64,000 bases of DNA, taken from the NCBI RefSeq assembly GCF_006345805.1, contig NC_043000.1, positions 156,736,001 through 156,800,000 of the forward strand. Reading direction: 5' to 3'. Numbering within the stretch: the first letter of the stretch is position 1; each line of letters opens with the position of its first letter. Made by a program: the position numbers and the translations under genes. This stretch comes from Octopus sinensis. Taxonomy: Eukaryota. The notes under the pieces were generated by a model. That model did not search any database and was not told the DNA's origin. It saw nothing but the letters and a program-made list of their open reading frames with translations. This document shows, piece by piece, positions 51,777-64,000 of the stretch.

Positions 51777-52108
51777 ATATATAATATATTATATATATAT
51801 ATATATATTATATATATATATATATATTATATATATATATATATATAATATATATATGTATATGTGTGTGTATATATATATGTATGTGTGTATGTATGTA
51901 TAGCATATATGTTCTTGTATGCATGACATCAAAGGTACTGGAATAATGTTCCCTTAATCGATGGTATCATTAGGATAACACGTGATGTGTAAAGGGCGAA
52001 TGTACTTGTCAGAGATCCTATCCGTCTGCAACCTATTTCTTCACATTCACACAAATTCACACTGTAATTGTTATTATCAGTATTATTATTATTATCATCA
52101 TCATCATC

Positions 52109-52161
<53 letters not shown>

Positions 52162-52199
52162 CATTATTATTATTATTATTATTGTTATCATTATTATTA

Positions 52200-52252
<53 letters not shown>

Positions 52253-53249
52253 TATCGTCTTGTAATCCGTTATGCTCTCCAAGGAAAATTCTCCTTTTGA
52301 TCTCTTCCCCTTAACTTTCGTCACACATAACTATACTCCAATGGAAAAAAAAGAGTGTGTGGTGGTGGTTGTTGTGGGGGGGGGGGAGGGAGATAAGAAA
52401 GGAAGAGGAATTAGGAAGATTGCATAAAAATAGAAAGGAAGAGCTATATAGACCGTGGAATAAAATGAAGAAGAGTGAGTTGGAAGAAAGAAGCAAATAA
52501 AGATTAACGAATGAAGAAAATTGGAAGAAAAAAAAAAGACAGGAAAGCGGTGGGAAATCGTAAAAAAAAGAAAAAAATCATAAATAACTTAATAAAGCTA
52601 TAAATGAAAAAAAACTTCTGCTGGTATTTTCTCCCCCTCTTCCATTTGAATGAAACTGCTATTTTTTTTGTATCTTTTTATTATGCTGTGGTTTTCTTAT
52701 GATTTTGTTTACGTTTTTCCCAGTCGTTGTGTAAGACGGTGTTGACGTCAACGGTCACGTGATCAGAAACACATTCCGAAGAAAAGAAAGAGAAAGAGAA
52801 AGAAATTAGAAAGCAAGCCAACAAACAGGCCGCACCTTATTTCACTGTTGCTATTCGAGTTGTTGTTGTTGTTGTTGTTGTTGTTGTCATTATTTAATGC
52901 TACGTGGGCGTCTAGGTTCGTAGAACAAGAGGTTACAACCACCACTACCACCACAACCACAACCACAACCACTATAGCACCTTCACCACCGCCTCCACCA
53001 CCACCATCACTACTACCACCACTACCACCACCACCACCACACCACCTCCTCCTCATCCACTACCACCAACACCGCCGCCACCGTCGCCGACACCACCACC
53101 ACCACAACCACCACCACTATAGCACTTTCACCACAACTACCAGCACCTTCACCACTACCACCATCACTACCTCCACCACCGCCACCACCACCACCACCAC
53201 TACCACCACCACCACCACCTCCACCACCACCACCACCACCACCACCACC

Positions 53250-53282
<33 letters not shown>

Positions 53283-53682
53283 GCAACAGCAACAACACTA
53301 TCACCAACAACACATTACCAAGATAAACCTTCTCCGACCTTGAAGTAGAGGTATTTGTGTACACGGTTTCAATTCCTGATCAGAGTTAATCCCCGTAATA
53401 GCGGGTCGATGGCCCCTTAGACCATTAGCATTTAAACCGGCCATAACTGCCTATTTTATGTTCAAACCAGCCAAATCTAATCTCTCACACCCTAAATGCC
53501 ATTCTAAAATAAAAAAAAAAAACAACACCTTATCACAATCTCAAAGCCAGAAGATAATACAGGCTTAAATCAAAACCTGGGAATAAATAATCCTTACATT
53601 TAACAGAGGAATCTGAATGCTAAAAAGTAAATGGCCAACTACAACTTTTCTAGACGATCCTCATTTTAAGTCTTTGGAAACC

Positions 53683-54864
53683 AATTAGTTTGGTGCCGGT
53701 GTAGTATGTGAGCTACATACATGTTTCTAGTATAGCTGAGTGACTGTGTGGTAAGTAGCTTGCTTAGGAACCACATGGTTCCAGGTTCAGTCCCACTGCG
53801 TGGTACCTTGGGCAAGTGACTTCTACTATAGCCCCGTCACCTAGCGGTTCGGCAAAAGAGACCGATAGAATAAGTACTAGGCTTACAAAGAATAAGTCCT
53901 GGGGTCGATTTTCTCGACTAAAGGCGGTGCTCCAGCATGGCCACAATCAAGTATACACATATTTTATGAATTTGTTTATATATATATAGGTGCAGGAGTG
54001 GCTGTGTGGTAAGTAGCTTGCCTACCAACCACATGGTTCCGGGTTCAGTCTCACTGCGTGGAACCTTGGGTAAGTGTCTTCTACTTTAGCCTCGGGCCGA
54101 CCAAAGCCTTGTGAGTGGATTTGGTAGACGGAAACTGAAAGACGCCCGTCGTATATGTATATATATATATATATTATATATATATATATTATATATATAT
54201 ATATGCATGTGTGTGTATAAGTTTGTGTGTCTTTGTTTGTCCCCCCAACATCGCTGGACAACCGATGCTGGTGTGTTTACGTCCCCGTCACCTAGCGGTT
54301 CGGCAAAAGAGACCGATAGAATAAGTACTAGGCTTACAAAGAATAAGTCCTGGGGTCGATTTGCTCGACGACTAAAGGCGGCGCTCCAGCATGGCCACAA
54401 TCAAATGACTGAAACAAGTAAAAGAGTAAAAGAGTAAAAGAGTATCTATATTAGTTCAAATGATATATAGTTTGTGATCTACACCGACTTCTTGATTTAC
54501 ATTTAAAATTCATGTACTTCCTCGACTTTCGGTTGGTTTGGCATATAAACCAAAAAAAACTTTTATGATTTAAACACTTTTAGTTTTGAGACCATTGTAG
54601 GAAGTCGCGATGAGAGCGAAAGAATTTTACACACAGGTTATTCGGGATGAAGAAACTGCAATAGAATTTCTCCCGCGCTATTAACTCCTTGATGAACATG
54701 GAGATATTGATCCATGCAGCAAATATTGAGGAGAAATGGCGGAAAAACGAAGGAAAATAAGAGGTGAAGCCCGTCCTGTTTTTCGCTGCACAAAGAATCT
54801 AGATTTAAAGTTGCTGTAGATCACAAAGGAATGTAGATCACATACTACACCGGCACCACTAATT
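53683..54864 (+). mobile_element. Merlin-like DNA transposon derivative with two nested SINE-A copies (53735-53948, 53987-54443)
   Basis: Inverted repeat ggtgccggtgtagtatgtga(g/t)ctaca at 53692 and 54833-54857; N-terminal transposase relic MRAKEFYTQVIRDEETAIEFL..LL..PCSK..M..RPVFRCTK at 54610-54795; no TSD seen. Confidence 0.6.
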
Positions 54865-55214
54865 TTATATTAACAATATGATTAGGAGCGAGAGGAAAAT
54901 AAACTTAAAATATTTCTTGGTTCAGATTTGAACCACTGCATTAAAAAAAAACTTTAATAGGAAGTTTCTACTTAAACCGCTTGACCATTCTTCTGGACAT
55001 AAGGGTCTTTTGTTTATTTAATGAACAGGCGTAGGTTTACCAGCCACATGGTTCCAGGTTCAGTCCCACTACGTGGCACCTTGGGCAAGTGACTCCTGTT
55101 TTATAACCTCGAGCCGACCAAAACCTTGTCAGTAGATTTTGTAGATGGAAAATGATTGAAGCCCGTTGTGGAAACTAATAGAAGCCCGCCATGCCTGATC
55201 GCTAAATCTACAAG

Positions 55215-55378
55215 TTTTTATTTTATCTCTCTTTATTTTCTCTTTTTCCTTTCTGTTGAAGAACGTAGGCTCGAAACGTAAAAGACTTTCTCACTTTCCC
55301 GAGCGTCAAACTAATACACCTGCTTGTTGCTCATACACCTGTATTCATCTTTTGTTTTTCTGTAAATTTCAATTATAT
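55215..55378 (+). mobile_element. Penelope pseudo-LTR with HHR-B at 55249-55284
   Basis: cttt CTGTTGA a gaac-gtag-gctc GAAAC GTA aaag (one stem II mismatch). Confidence 0.7.
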
Positions 55379-55422
55379 GTATATATATATATATAATATA
55401 TATATATATATATTATAGAGAG

Positions 55423-55461
<39 letters not shown>

Positions 55462-55499
55462 GAAAGTTGGTTTGTGAAAGCACGTGGTTGAATATATAG

Positions 55500-56086
55500 A
55501 AAAACTACAGAAGGCTTGTTTTAAAAGATTAAAGAATATATATTTAAGTCAATATGTCTGAAGAATATTATAAATTTTTTTCTTACAATGACATAGTTTA
55601 GAAGAAAGACCGGTTTCGCGTTTAGCTTTTTAAATTTCTTACGTCGTTATGTTTATGTTGAGAAGAGTTATCGTTATGTTTATGTTGAAAAGAGTTCTAA
55701 ATAAGGGGAGGTAATAAGTGATTTCTTCCGGTGTAAGGGAGATAATCGCTTAAATTTTTTTTCCTTTCCTTTGGGATGAATTTCTCTGTATAAGTATGTT
55801 GGAATGGTTAAGTCTGGGCTTGTACTTTTCAATGAAGAATGTTTCCTTGTTTAGTCTAGTTTGTGTTGATGATCCGATAGCACATTTAGAACTCTTTTAA
55901 ACATAAACATAACGATAACTCTTCTCAACATAAACATAACGACGTAAGAAATTTGAAAAGCTAAACGCAAAACCGGTCTTTCTTCTAAATAATGTCATTG
56001 TAAGAAAAAAATTTATAATATTCTTCAGACATATTGACTTAAATATATATTCTTTAACGTTTTAAAACAAGCCTTCTGTAATTTTT
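55500..56086 (-). mobile_element. Penelope terminal structure: GIY-YIG C-terminus between two inverted ~200-bp pseudo-LTRs
   Basis: Arms 55500-55702 and 55884-56086 are reverse complements; spacer minus strand SSTQTRLNKETFFIEKYKPRLN; each arm carries a degenerate hammerhead (aagaaa..gc-taaac-gc GAAAC CG GTC tttctt). Confidence 0.85.
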
Positions 56087-56102
56087 TCACTTTTTACTAT
56101 TT

Positions 56103-56161
<59 letters not shown>

Positions 56162-56164
56162 TTT

Positions 56165-56525
56165 GTTCTTTTACACGTTTCAGTCATTTGACTACGGCCA
56201 TGCAGGAGCACCGCCTTTAGTCGAAAAAATTGACCCCAGGACTTATTCTTTGGAAGCCTAGTACTATCGGTCTTTTTTACCGAACTGCTAAGTTTTGGGG
56301 ACATAAACACACCAACATCGGTTGTCAAGTGATGGTGGGCTACAAACAGACACAAAGACACATACATATAAACATATATACACGACGGGTTTCTTTCAGT
56401 GTCCGTCTACCAAATCCATTCGCAAGGCTTTGGTCGGCCCGAGGCTATAGTAGAAACACTTGCTCAAGGAGCCACGCAGTGGGACTGAACCCGGTACCAT
56501 GTGGTTGGGTAGCAAGCTTCCTAGC
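56165..56525 (-). mobile_element. SINE family A (another 3' half on + at ~56700-56910)
   Basis: Family A body and head, reverse complement. Confidence 0.87.
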
Positions 56526-56538
56526 ATACAGTTACTCC

Positions 56539-56611
<73 letters not shown>

Positions 56612-56939
56612 TGTATGTATGTATGTAGTATGTATGTGTATGTATGGATGGATGGATGGATGGATGGATGGATGTATGTATGGATGGATGGATGTGTATG
56701 TTCGTTTTCCATCACGGCTTGACAACCGGTGTTGGTGTGTTTACGTGTCCATAACTTCGCGGTTCAGCTTAAGAGACCAATAGAAGTATCAGGCTTAAAA
56801 AACAAAGTTGCAGGAGTCGATTCATTCGACTAAAAAATTCTTCAAGGCGGTGCCCCAGCATGGCCACATTCTAATGACTCGAACAAGTAAAAGATAAAAA
56901 GATAAAAATGAACTTTTTGTAAAACTGTTAAGAACCAAC

Positions 56940-57265
56940 AGAAAATTGAGAGAAAAATATACATCGAAAGCCTTTTAGCGAAGTAATAAAAAAGTTCAGT
57001 GTTTTCTATACAGCTAGATGAAACGATTGATGTATCAATATCCTATCAATCGTTGCTGAATCCACAATATAAAAATTGACTGAGATTTAAACGACGAACT
57101 TGTATTTTATGTGACTATAGAAAACCCAACAAAAGCTCCAGATATCCTGGAAATAGTTGTTTACAATTTCTTTGGAATAAACAGTTTAAAATGGAAAAAT
57201 TTTGTTAGTGCTAAGAACTGAACGTGCACCTGTCATGTCAGGTTCAAAATCTGGTTTCTTCCAAA
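56940..57265 (+). pseudogene. hAT (Charlie/Buster-type) transposase relic
   Basis: FSIQLDETIDVS..TKAPDILE..FF..LKW..V..(T)ERAPVMSGSKSGF, with frameshifts. Confidence 0.8.
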
Positions 57266-57651
57266 CATAATTACGAAAAACGAAAAAAATATGTGGAGGG
57301 TAGGAGCCGTTAATGGCAACCCGAGTTCATTGCTTTATACAAAGAGACGTATTGATATCAAAGACGGTACGACCCCTTCCTACTCTGAGATAAATAAATA
57401 TTGATGTATTGATACGCACACACATCCAAAGATGATGCGTACATAAACTAGTTGTATACTTACACAAACACACTCACACTTATACATGTAACTATATACA
57501 TATAGATACACACACTCACACACATACACACTCACACACACACTCACACACACTCACACACACACACTCACACACACACACACGCACATATAGATATACA
57601 CACACATACATATATACATATATACATATATATATATATATACATACTCAT

Positions 57652-57691
<40 letters not shown>

Positions 57692-57723
57692 CACACATAT
57701 ACATATATGCATACACATATATA

Positions 57724-57768
<45 letters not shown>

Positions 57769-58865
57769 CATATATATATATATGTATATACACATACATA
57801 CATACATACATACATACGTACATACATACATACATATGTATATATATAATATATATAATATATATATAATATAATATATATATATATATATATAGCACCT
57901 TCACCACTACCACCATCACTACCTCCACCACCGCCTCCACCACCACTATCACTACTACCATCACTACCACCCCCACCCCACCCCACCTCCTGTATGTATA
58001 TATATGTATGTATATACACACACACACATATATAGATACAAATGTATGCTTGATCTCGTTCTCGCAATTCCTGTCTTTCTTCAATTCTATTCATTCTCCC
58101 TTTTAACGTGTGCTGCTATTTTTCTTATATTTTTTTTGCTATTTACTTCCATCATGCTTATTATTCACCCTGGGTCCCTTGCCTTTTCTGTTTGTTTCCT
58201 TGATGTAAACCATTTTTTTTAGGAAGGGTGGGACAAAAGCTGGGAGGGCTTTAGTCACGTATTTCAAGTTCAATTTCCTGCAAAACAAAAGCTGACTCAC
58301 ATGGATTTAGGGTTATATATATTTGTTTTTTTATTCACACATACACACGCGCATGCACTGGGACACATACACACACACACTCGGTAACGCACAAACAGGC
58401 ACAGACACAGAAATATATATGCATGCCTGTACGTGTGTGCGTATGCGTATATGGGGATGTGATTATGTATGAATGTGTATATAGTGATATATTTGTATAT
58501 AGTGATTTGCAGATAGTGATAGATAGATATAAACGCACACACACAGACACACATGTATATATACTGTATATTCATACACACACACACACACACACACAGA
58601 CATATATATATATACAAGTTATGTATATTTACATACACACACAAACACATACACACACAAACACATACACACACAAACATACACAAACACATACACACAC
58701 AAACACATACACACACAAACACATACACACACAAACACATACACACACACAAACACATACATACACAAACACATACACACACACACAAACACATACACAC
58801 ACACACACATACACACACAAACACATGCACACACAAACACACACAAACACATACACACACACAAA

Positions 58866-58905
<40 letters not shown>

Positions 58906-61886
58906 TACACACACACACACTCACACTCATACACACAGACGACGCACGCGTGTGCATAGAACCTTCACTTCATTTCTTTTTCCTTTACTGAAAAGATAAG
59001 TTATTGATTTCCCTTGCTGCATCCAATTGACAGCGTTATAAATGTTTGGAGTGTAACTGGAGCGAAATTAGCAAATAATACAATTGCTATACGTGTACAA
59101 AGAGCATGAAATAGCAACAGCCACAACAACAAAAATAACAGTAAGATCTACCACAAGAGTAACAACAACAACAAGAAGAACTTAGAAGTAAACAAAAACC
59201 AAAAACCAAAAAAAAACACACAGATCAGGGAGCGGGTATGATAGAATTTAGAAGCGTTGTTATAGAGATGTTAACGATAAGTAACCTCGTGTGTGAGACC
59301 TCAGTGTCATATTAAACAACACTTGCGTTAAAAGTAATGGAATGTTGTGTTATGAGATTGTTATGAAGTCATTTATCAAAGAAATGTTTACATTAGAAAC
59401 GTATCGTGTTATCACTCTATGTAATATTATTTAAGCAACACATGTAACTTATCACAGTTGTTATGTCTGAAAATCTGAAAGTTTCTAGTTTTAAGACGAT
59501 CCAACAAATATCTGTAACAGTCATGTATTGTAATTCAAAAGAAGAATATATATTAAAATACCAGATGTAATCACTTCGAATTACAGATATAATGATCGTA
59601 GCTTAATGATGTTGAAACTAGGAATGTATGATAGCTCTTTAACAACAAGGTATTCAAACGTACTTTAAGCAATAGCATAAACAAACTTAAGTCTGTTTCT
59701 ATAAATATAATACTTCAAACCAAATTAATCTTTGTTACATAGTGTGAATCATTTAAGTTGAAAGTAAATGACGATCACGTATTATATGTATATTATATAC
59801 AACAAGAACAGAATCATTATAAATAAAAGATTTGGTTGGTCGTCGGAGTCCATCTAGAATGCCTAGAATATAAGATCCTGGTTAGAACATATATATGATG
59901 CTGTTTTTATTTTAAAGGTATGAGTACGGAGCTATGGTGTAGCTTGGTTTTGGCTGCATTGTGCTATAGCTAAACTGGCTGCTCCTTGCTTAAACGTAGC
60001 ATACCTTCCACTACAGGAAACGCGCATGTTTAAGATGGCCGCTCTGCGCGTTCCACATTTCCGAACACTCAACGTACAACGTGGGGAAAGCAGTTGCAGC
60101 AATTCTCTTCGCCCCTGCCTCGGAGACAAGTGAGATTGGTGAGACTGATGTCCATAACGTCACCAAGAAAACATATGGGGCAAGAGATTCAGGAAGGTTA
60201 CCATTTGGGGAAGGAAGGTTTGGACAAAGAAGTTAGTAAGAGGCCTGTGAAAGAGACACATAATGGCTATACAGAAAGGAAAAGAGACAAGTGTGCCGAG
60301 TGAGTTTGAGTGGAGATGATACGGGAAATATGTGACTCTGAGGATGAAAGGCCACTGTAGTAGAGATAGAAAAAGAAGTGAGAGGAGACAGCGCATTTGT
60401 GGACCAAAGATTGGAGTATACTAGTGAGTGACTCTGTGCCAATCCGTTGGTAGGTGGAGGTGGAAGTGGTCTAGAATGTTAGTATGTGTAGCAGTAACCC
60501 TATCCTAGATTCGTGTTTCTAGATGCGAATTTCACTAGAGCCTTGTAGTGAATCAGCAACGTTTAGAACTGAAGTGTTTTCCAGCCCTGAAGAGAAATAC
60601 CTTCGGAGTTTAGTTTTAACAATTGTAAGTCCTAGCATTTGTAGAGACTATGAAGGGTTTAGCTGCATGTTTTCGTGACTAGATTTGATGTTGTACTCAG
60701 TGGTTTCCATAATATGAACCGTAATTGTCTTCGTGTATTTGCGTTGGAGAATGGGAGTGTTTTCGTATTCTCTATTTATAGAAACAGCGCAGGTTTAGAG
60801 TCAGATGTCTTGGTTACATGTGGGAGTACCTACATGAAAAATGCTAAGGAATGGATGTGATACCATCTGCATAAGAATGAGTGTTCTTGGAGATGACGGC
60901 GAAAAGATTAATGATATATAATAAGGCAATCTAGGGAATATAACTGAACGTTAGGAAACACCAGTGTTGCAATCAACTGATTTCATTATGATAGAAAATG
61001 TTATAAATTGAAAGAAGCGTGTGTTGTGATCACAGATGTAATAGATTTGAACAAGAAACAGGTGTTATTATGATCATATGTGTATTGTGTTAGAATAAGT
61101 GAGAGATGTATTGATAATAGGTGTAAGACACTGATGCTTATTGTGATCGCAGATCTATTGTAATAAGTGAGTTGAAAGCAATCCATATTCTTCATTGTAT
61201 ATACAATGCGCTGGAACAATAAGCAAACGTTATTATGATCATTGATATAACGTGACAGAGGGAGAAAAAATGTCCGTTATAGCCACGTAAGTAATGCGTT
61301 GGAAGCAACAAATGTTATGATCACAGATGTATAAAGTTGAAAGAAACAGATGTATATTATTACATATGTAATGTGTTAGTACATAAAACGCCTGATATGA
61401 TTATGCATTAGAATTAAGAGACATTATTATGACAGATGTTAGCAGAAACTAATATTACGATCATAGATAGATGCAATGAGTTGGAAGAATTGACATCATG
61501 CTATAAAATATAGTGTATTGAAACCACAAATGATATGATTACAAACGTCATGTTCTGCTGCAGCCGATGTTCAAACGTGCAATATTTAAAAAAAAATATT
61601 AGATGGTAAATCACAGAAGCTATTAACGACTAAGATGTGTTACGAGTTCAAGGATGTAATTAAACAATGGACGTTATTACTACAGGTCTAATCATATTTA
61701 GAAAAGTGTGTTCATAAATGTATTGATGATTTTATCAACAACTGATGTGATGGTGATAATGAAGCAATACAGAAAAGTAGTGTTTATAACTCATTATTTG
61801 ATTCTGTATTAGATAGCGAGGTGACAAAATAGTTAAAACGTCGGACAAAATGATCAGTGACATTTCTTCCGACTTTTTGACTTCTG

Positions 61887-62520
61887 GGATCTTTTCCGTT
61901 TGACCGGCAGATTTTTAAAATAATTTTTTGTAACTAAACACTTTTAAACTTCGTATACTGGTAGAATGTGTCACATAAAATATCTTTTTCTCTTGGCGTT
62001 CTTGAGAAAATGTGACACATTCTACCAGTATACGAGGTTTAAAAGTGTTTACTCTTTACTCTTTTACTCTTTTACTTGTTTCAGTCATTTGACTGCGGCC
62101 ATGCTGGAGCACCACCTTTAGTCGAGCAAATCGACCCCGGGACTTATTCTTTGTAAGCCCAGTACTTATTCTATCGGTCTCTTTTGCCGAAACGCTAAGT
62201 GACGTGGACGTAAACACACCCAGCATCGGTTGTCAAGCAATGCTAGGGGAACAAACACAGACACACAAACACACACACACATACATACATATATATATAT
62301 ACATATATACGACAGGCTTCTTTCGGTTTCCGTCTACCAAATCCACTCACAAGGCATTGGTCGGCCCGGGGCTATAGCAGAAGACACTTGCCCAAGATGC
62401 CACGCAGTGGGACTGAACCCGGAACCATGTGGTTGGTTAGCAAGCTACTTACCACACAGCCACTCCTGTTTAGTTACAAAAAACTATTTTTTAAATTTGC
62501 CGGTCAAAGTGAAAAGATCC
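61887..62520. mobile_element. Palindromic (foldback) element with ~90-bp arms; right arm split by a full SINE-A (62052-62467, minus strand)
   Basis: Left arm 61887-61976; right arm 62010-62051 plus 62468-62520; short TSD (t)gttta around the SINE. Confidence 0.8.
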
Positions 62521-63061
62521 GAGTTCTGAGTTCAAACTGTATCGAAGTTAACTATGCACCACCACGCCCCACTCCATTTAGAGTCGATAGAATAAAGCAC
62601 TAGTCAAGTACTGAGGCGGATGTATCGACATACCCCCTCCCCTCAAAATTACTGGTCTCGAATCGAGATTCGGAAGAACTATTGGATTCTGTCAATTTGA
62701 AAAACCGGGAGTTGGGTATTATATTCATTCGGAAATTGCGTTTACGAAAACATTTAAAACACGAATTTGCCATCGCAGCAGTATTTGATGGTGTCTAGCG
62801 AATTAAGTCCTTAATCCGATTCCGATGTTCGACTTATGCCGTTCCACTCAGCTGAATATCTCTGTAAATAAGTTGCAAGCTTGCAGTAAAGCTGTTGTTG
62901 TAGAGTACGATAAGAAATTAAAACAAAAGGACAAATCTAGGAAAACACAACCACAAAAACCACCACCACCACAACAACAACAATTAGAACAAGAAAATAC
63001 ACAATTGTGAACTTTCTTTAATTCCTATCCTTCAGAATGATGATATTATAGGAATGACAAG

Positions 63062-63826
63062 ACTGCAAGCTGGCAGGAACTTTAGCACGCCAGGCGAAAT
63101 GCTTAGTAGTATTTCGTCTGCCGCTACGTTCTGAGTTCAAATTCCGCTGAGGTCGACTCTGCCTTTCATCTTTTCGGGGTCGATTAAACAAGTACCAGTT
63201 ACGCACTGGGGTCGATATAATCGACTTAATCCGTTTGTCTGTCTTTGTTTGTCCCCTCTGTGTGTAGCCCCTTGTGGGTAGTAAAGAAATAGATATTTCA
63301 CCCGTTGGTATGTTCTGAGTTCAAATTCCGCTGAGGACTTTGCCTTTCATCTTTTCGGGGTCGATTAAACAAATACCAGTTACGAACTGGGGTCGATATA
63401 ATCGACTTAATCCGTTTGTCTGTCCTTGTTTGTCCCCTCTGTGTTTAGCCTCTAATGGGTAGTAAAGAAATAGATATTTCACCCGTTGGTATGTTCTGAG
63501 TTCAAATTCCGCTGAGGACTTTGCCTTTCATCTTTTCGGGGTCGATTAAATAAGTACCAGTTACGCACTTGGGTCGATATAATCGACTTAATCCGTTTGT
63601 CTGTCCTTGTTTGTCCTCGCTGTGTTTAGCCCCATGTGGGTAGTAAAGAAATAGGTATTTCGTTTGTCTTTATGTTCTGAGCTCAAATTCCACCGAGGTC
63701 GACTTTGCCATTCATCCTTTCGGGTGGATAACTTAAGTACCAGTTGCGCACTGGGGTCGATCTAATTGATTAGCCCCCCCCCCAAAAAAAATTTCGGGCC
63801 TTGTGTCTAGAGTAGGAAAGGATATT
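63062..63826 (+). mobile_element. SINE family B, head plus four tandem ~181-184-bp units
   Basis: Unit starts (tatttc) at ~63110, 63294, 63475 and 63656; the last unit has the terminal-type tail ...ggccttgtgtctagagtaggaaaggatattat. Confidence 0.92.
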
Positions 63827-63831
63827 ATAGA

Positions 63832-63934
63832 TTGCTTCGGCTATACATATGCTAAAATTGGAACGATACAGCGATTAGCATGGGCCCTGTGCAAAGATGA
63901 CACGCAAATTCGCGAAGCATTCCATATTCTTTTT
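63832..63934 (+). pseudogene. RNU6: Near full-length U6 snRNA pseudogene
   Basis: ttgcttcggctatacatatgctaaaattggaacgatacagcgattagcatgggccctgtgcaaagatgacacgcaaattcgcgaagcattccatattcttttt; ACAGAGA box damaged (3-nt loss); no upstream PSE/TATA (a SINE-B tail lies there). Confidence 0.93.
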
Positions 63935-64000
63935 ATAGGCGTAGGAGTGGTTGTGTGGTAAATACTTGCTTACCAACCATGGTTCCGGGTTCATTCCCAC
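63935..64000 (+). mobile_element. SINE family A head fused directly to the U6 oligo-T (runs off the window)
   Basis: ataggcgtaggagtggttgtgtggtaaatacttgcttaccaaccatggttccgggttc. Confidence 0.9.

Noticed and set aside
58226-58312. Enhancer motifs (GC-box-like, AP-1 tgactca) and ttaggg
   Set aside because: Expected by chance in 64 kb; a single telomere unit is not an array.
60010-60060. Promoter (YY1-like aagatggccg, NRF1-like gcgcatg)
   Set aside because: Short motifs only; no downstream exon or CpG island, and the neighbouring minus strand may be an old LINE endonuclease relic.
63062-63826. Regular repeat array as CRISPR
   Set aside because: Units are ~182-bp whole-length repeats without unique spacers, part of a eukaryotic SINE; no cas genes.
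63832-63934. Functional U6 gene
   Set aside because: ACAGAGA box is disrupted, several substitutions are present, and there is no upstream PSE/TATA.

Overview
Repeat-saturated, apparently gene-poor animal genomic DNA. The SINE families, microsatellite load and retroelement mix suggest an octopus/cephalopod (inference). No intact host gene is visible, and most listed ORFs are microsatellite artefacts. The window holds (i) dozens of copies of four tRNA-derived SINE families (called A-D here); (ii) decayed LINEs (Tx1/L1, three R4/Dong-type RLE relics, RTE); (iii) Penelope-like (PLE) fragments with RT, GIY-YIG and pseudo-LTRs; (iv) DNA transposon relics (hAT, Merlin, Helitron, MITEs, and an H3TH+CXC transposase-like relic); (v) many microsatellites, several of which are element tails or targets. 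The most notable observations are: several type I hammerhead-ribozyme motifs in non-canonical variants, including a ~190-bp long-stem-II unit present three times within 7 kb and fused twice to the same SINE piece; two separate U6 snRNA sequences each joined to the 5' end of a family-A SINE; and a SINE that moves as tandem multimers of a ~184-bp unit. Coordinates were counted by eye and may be off by a few bases.
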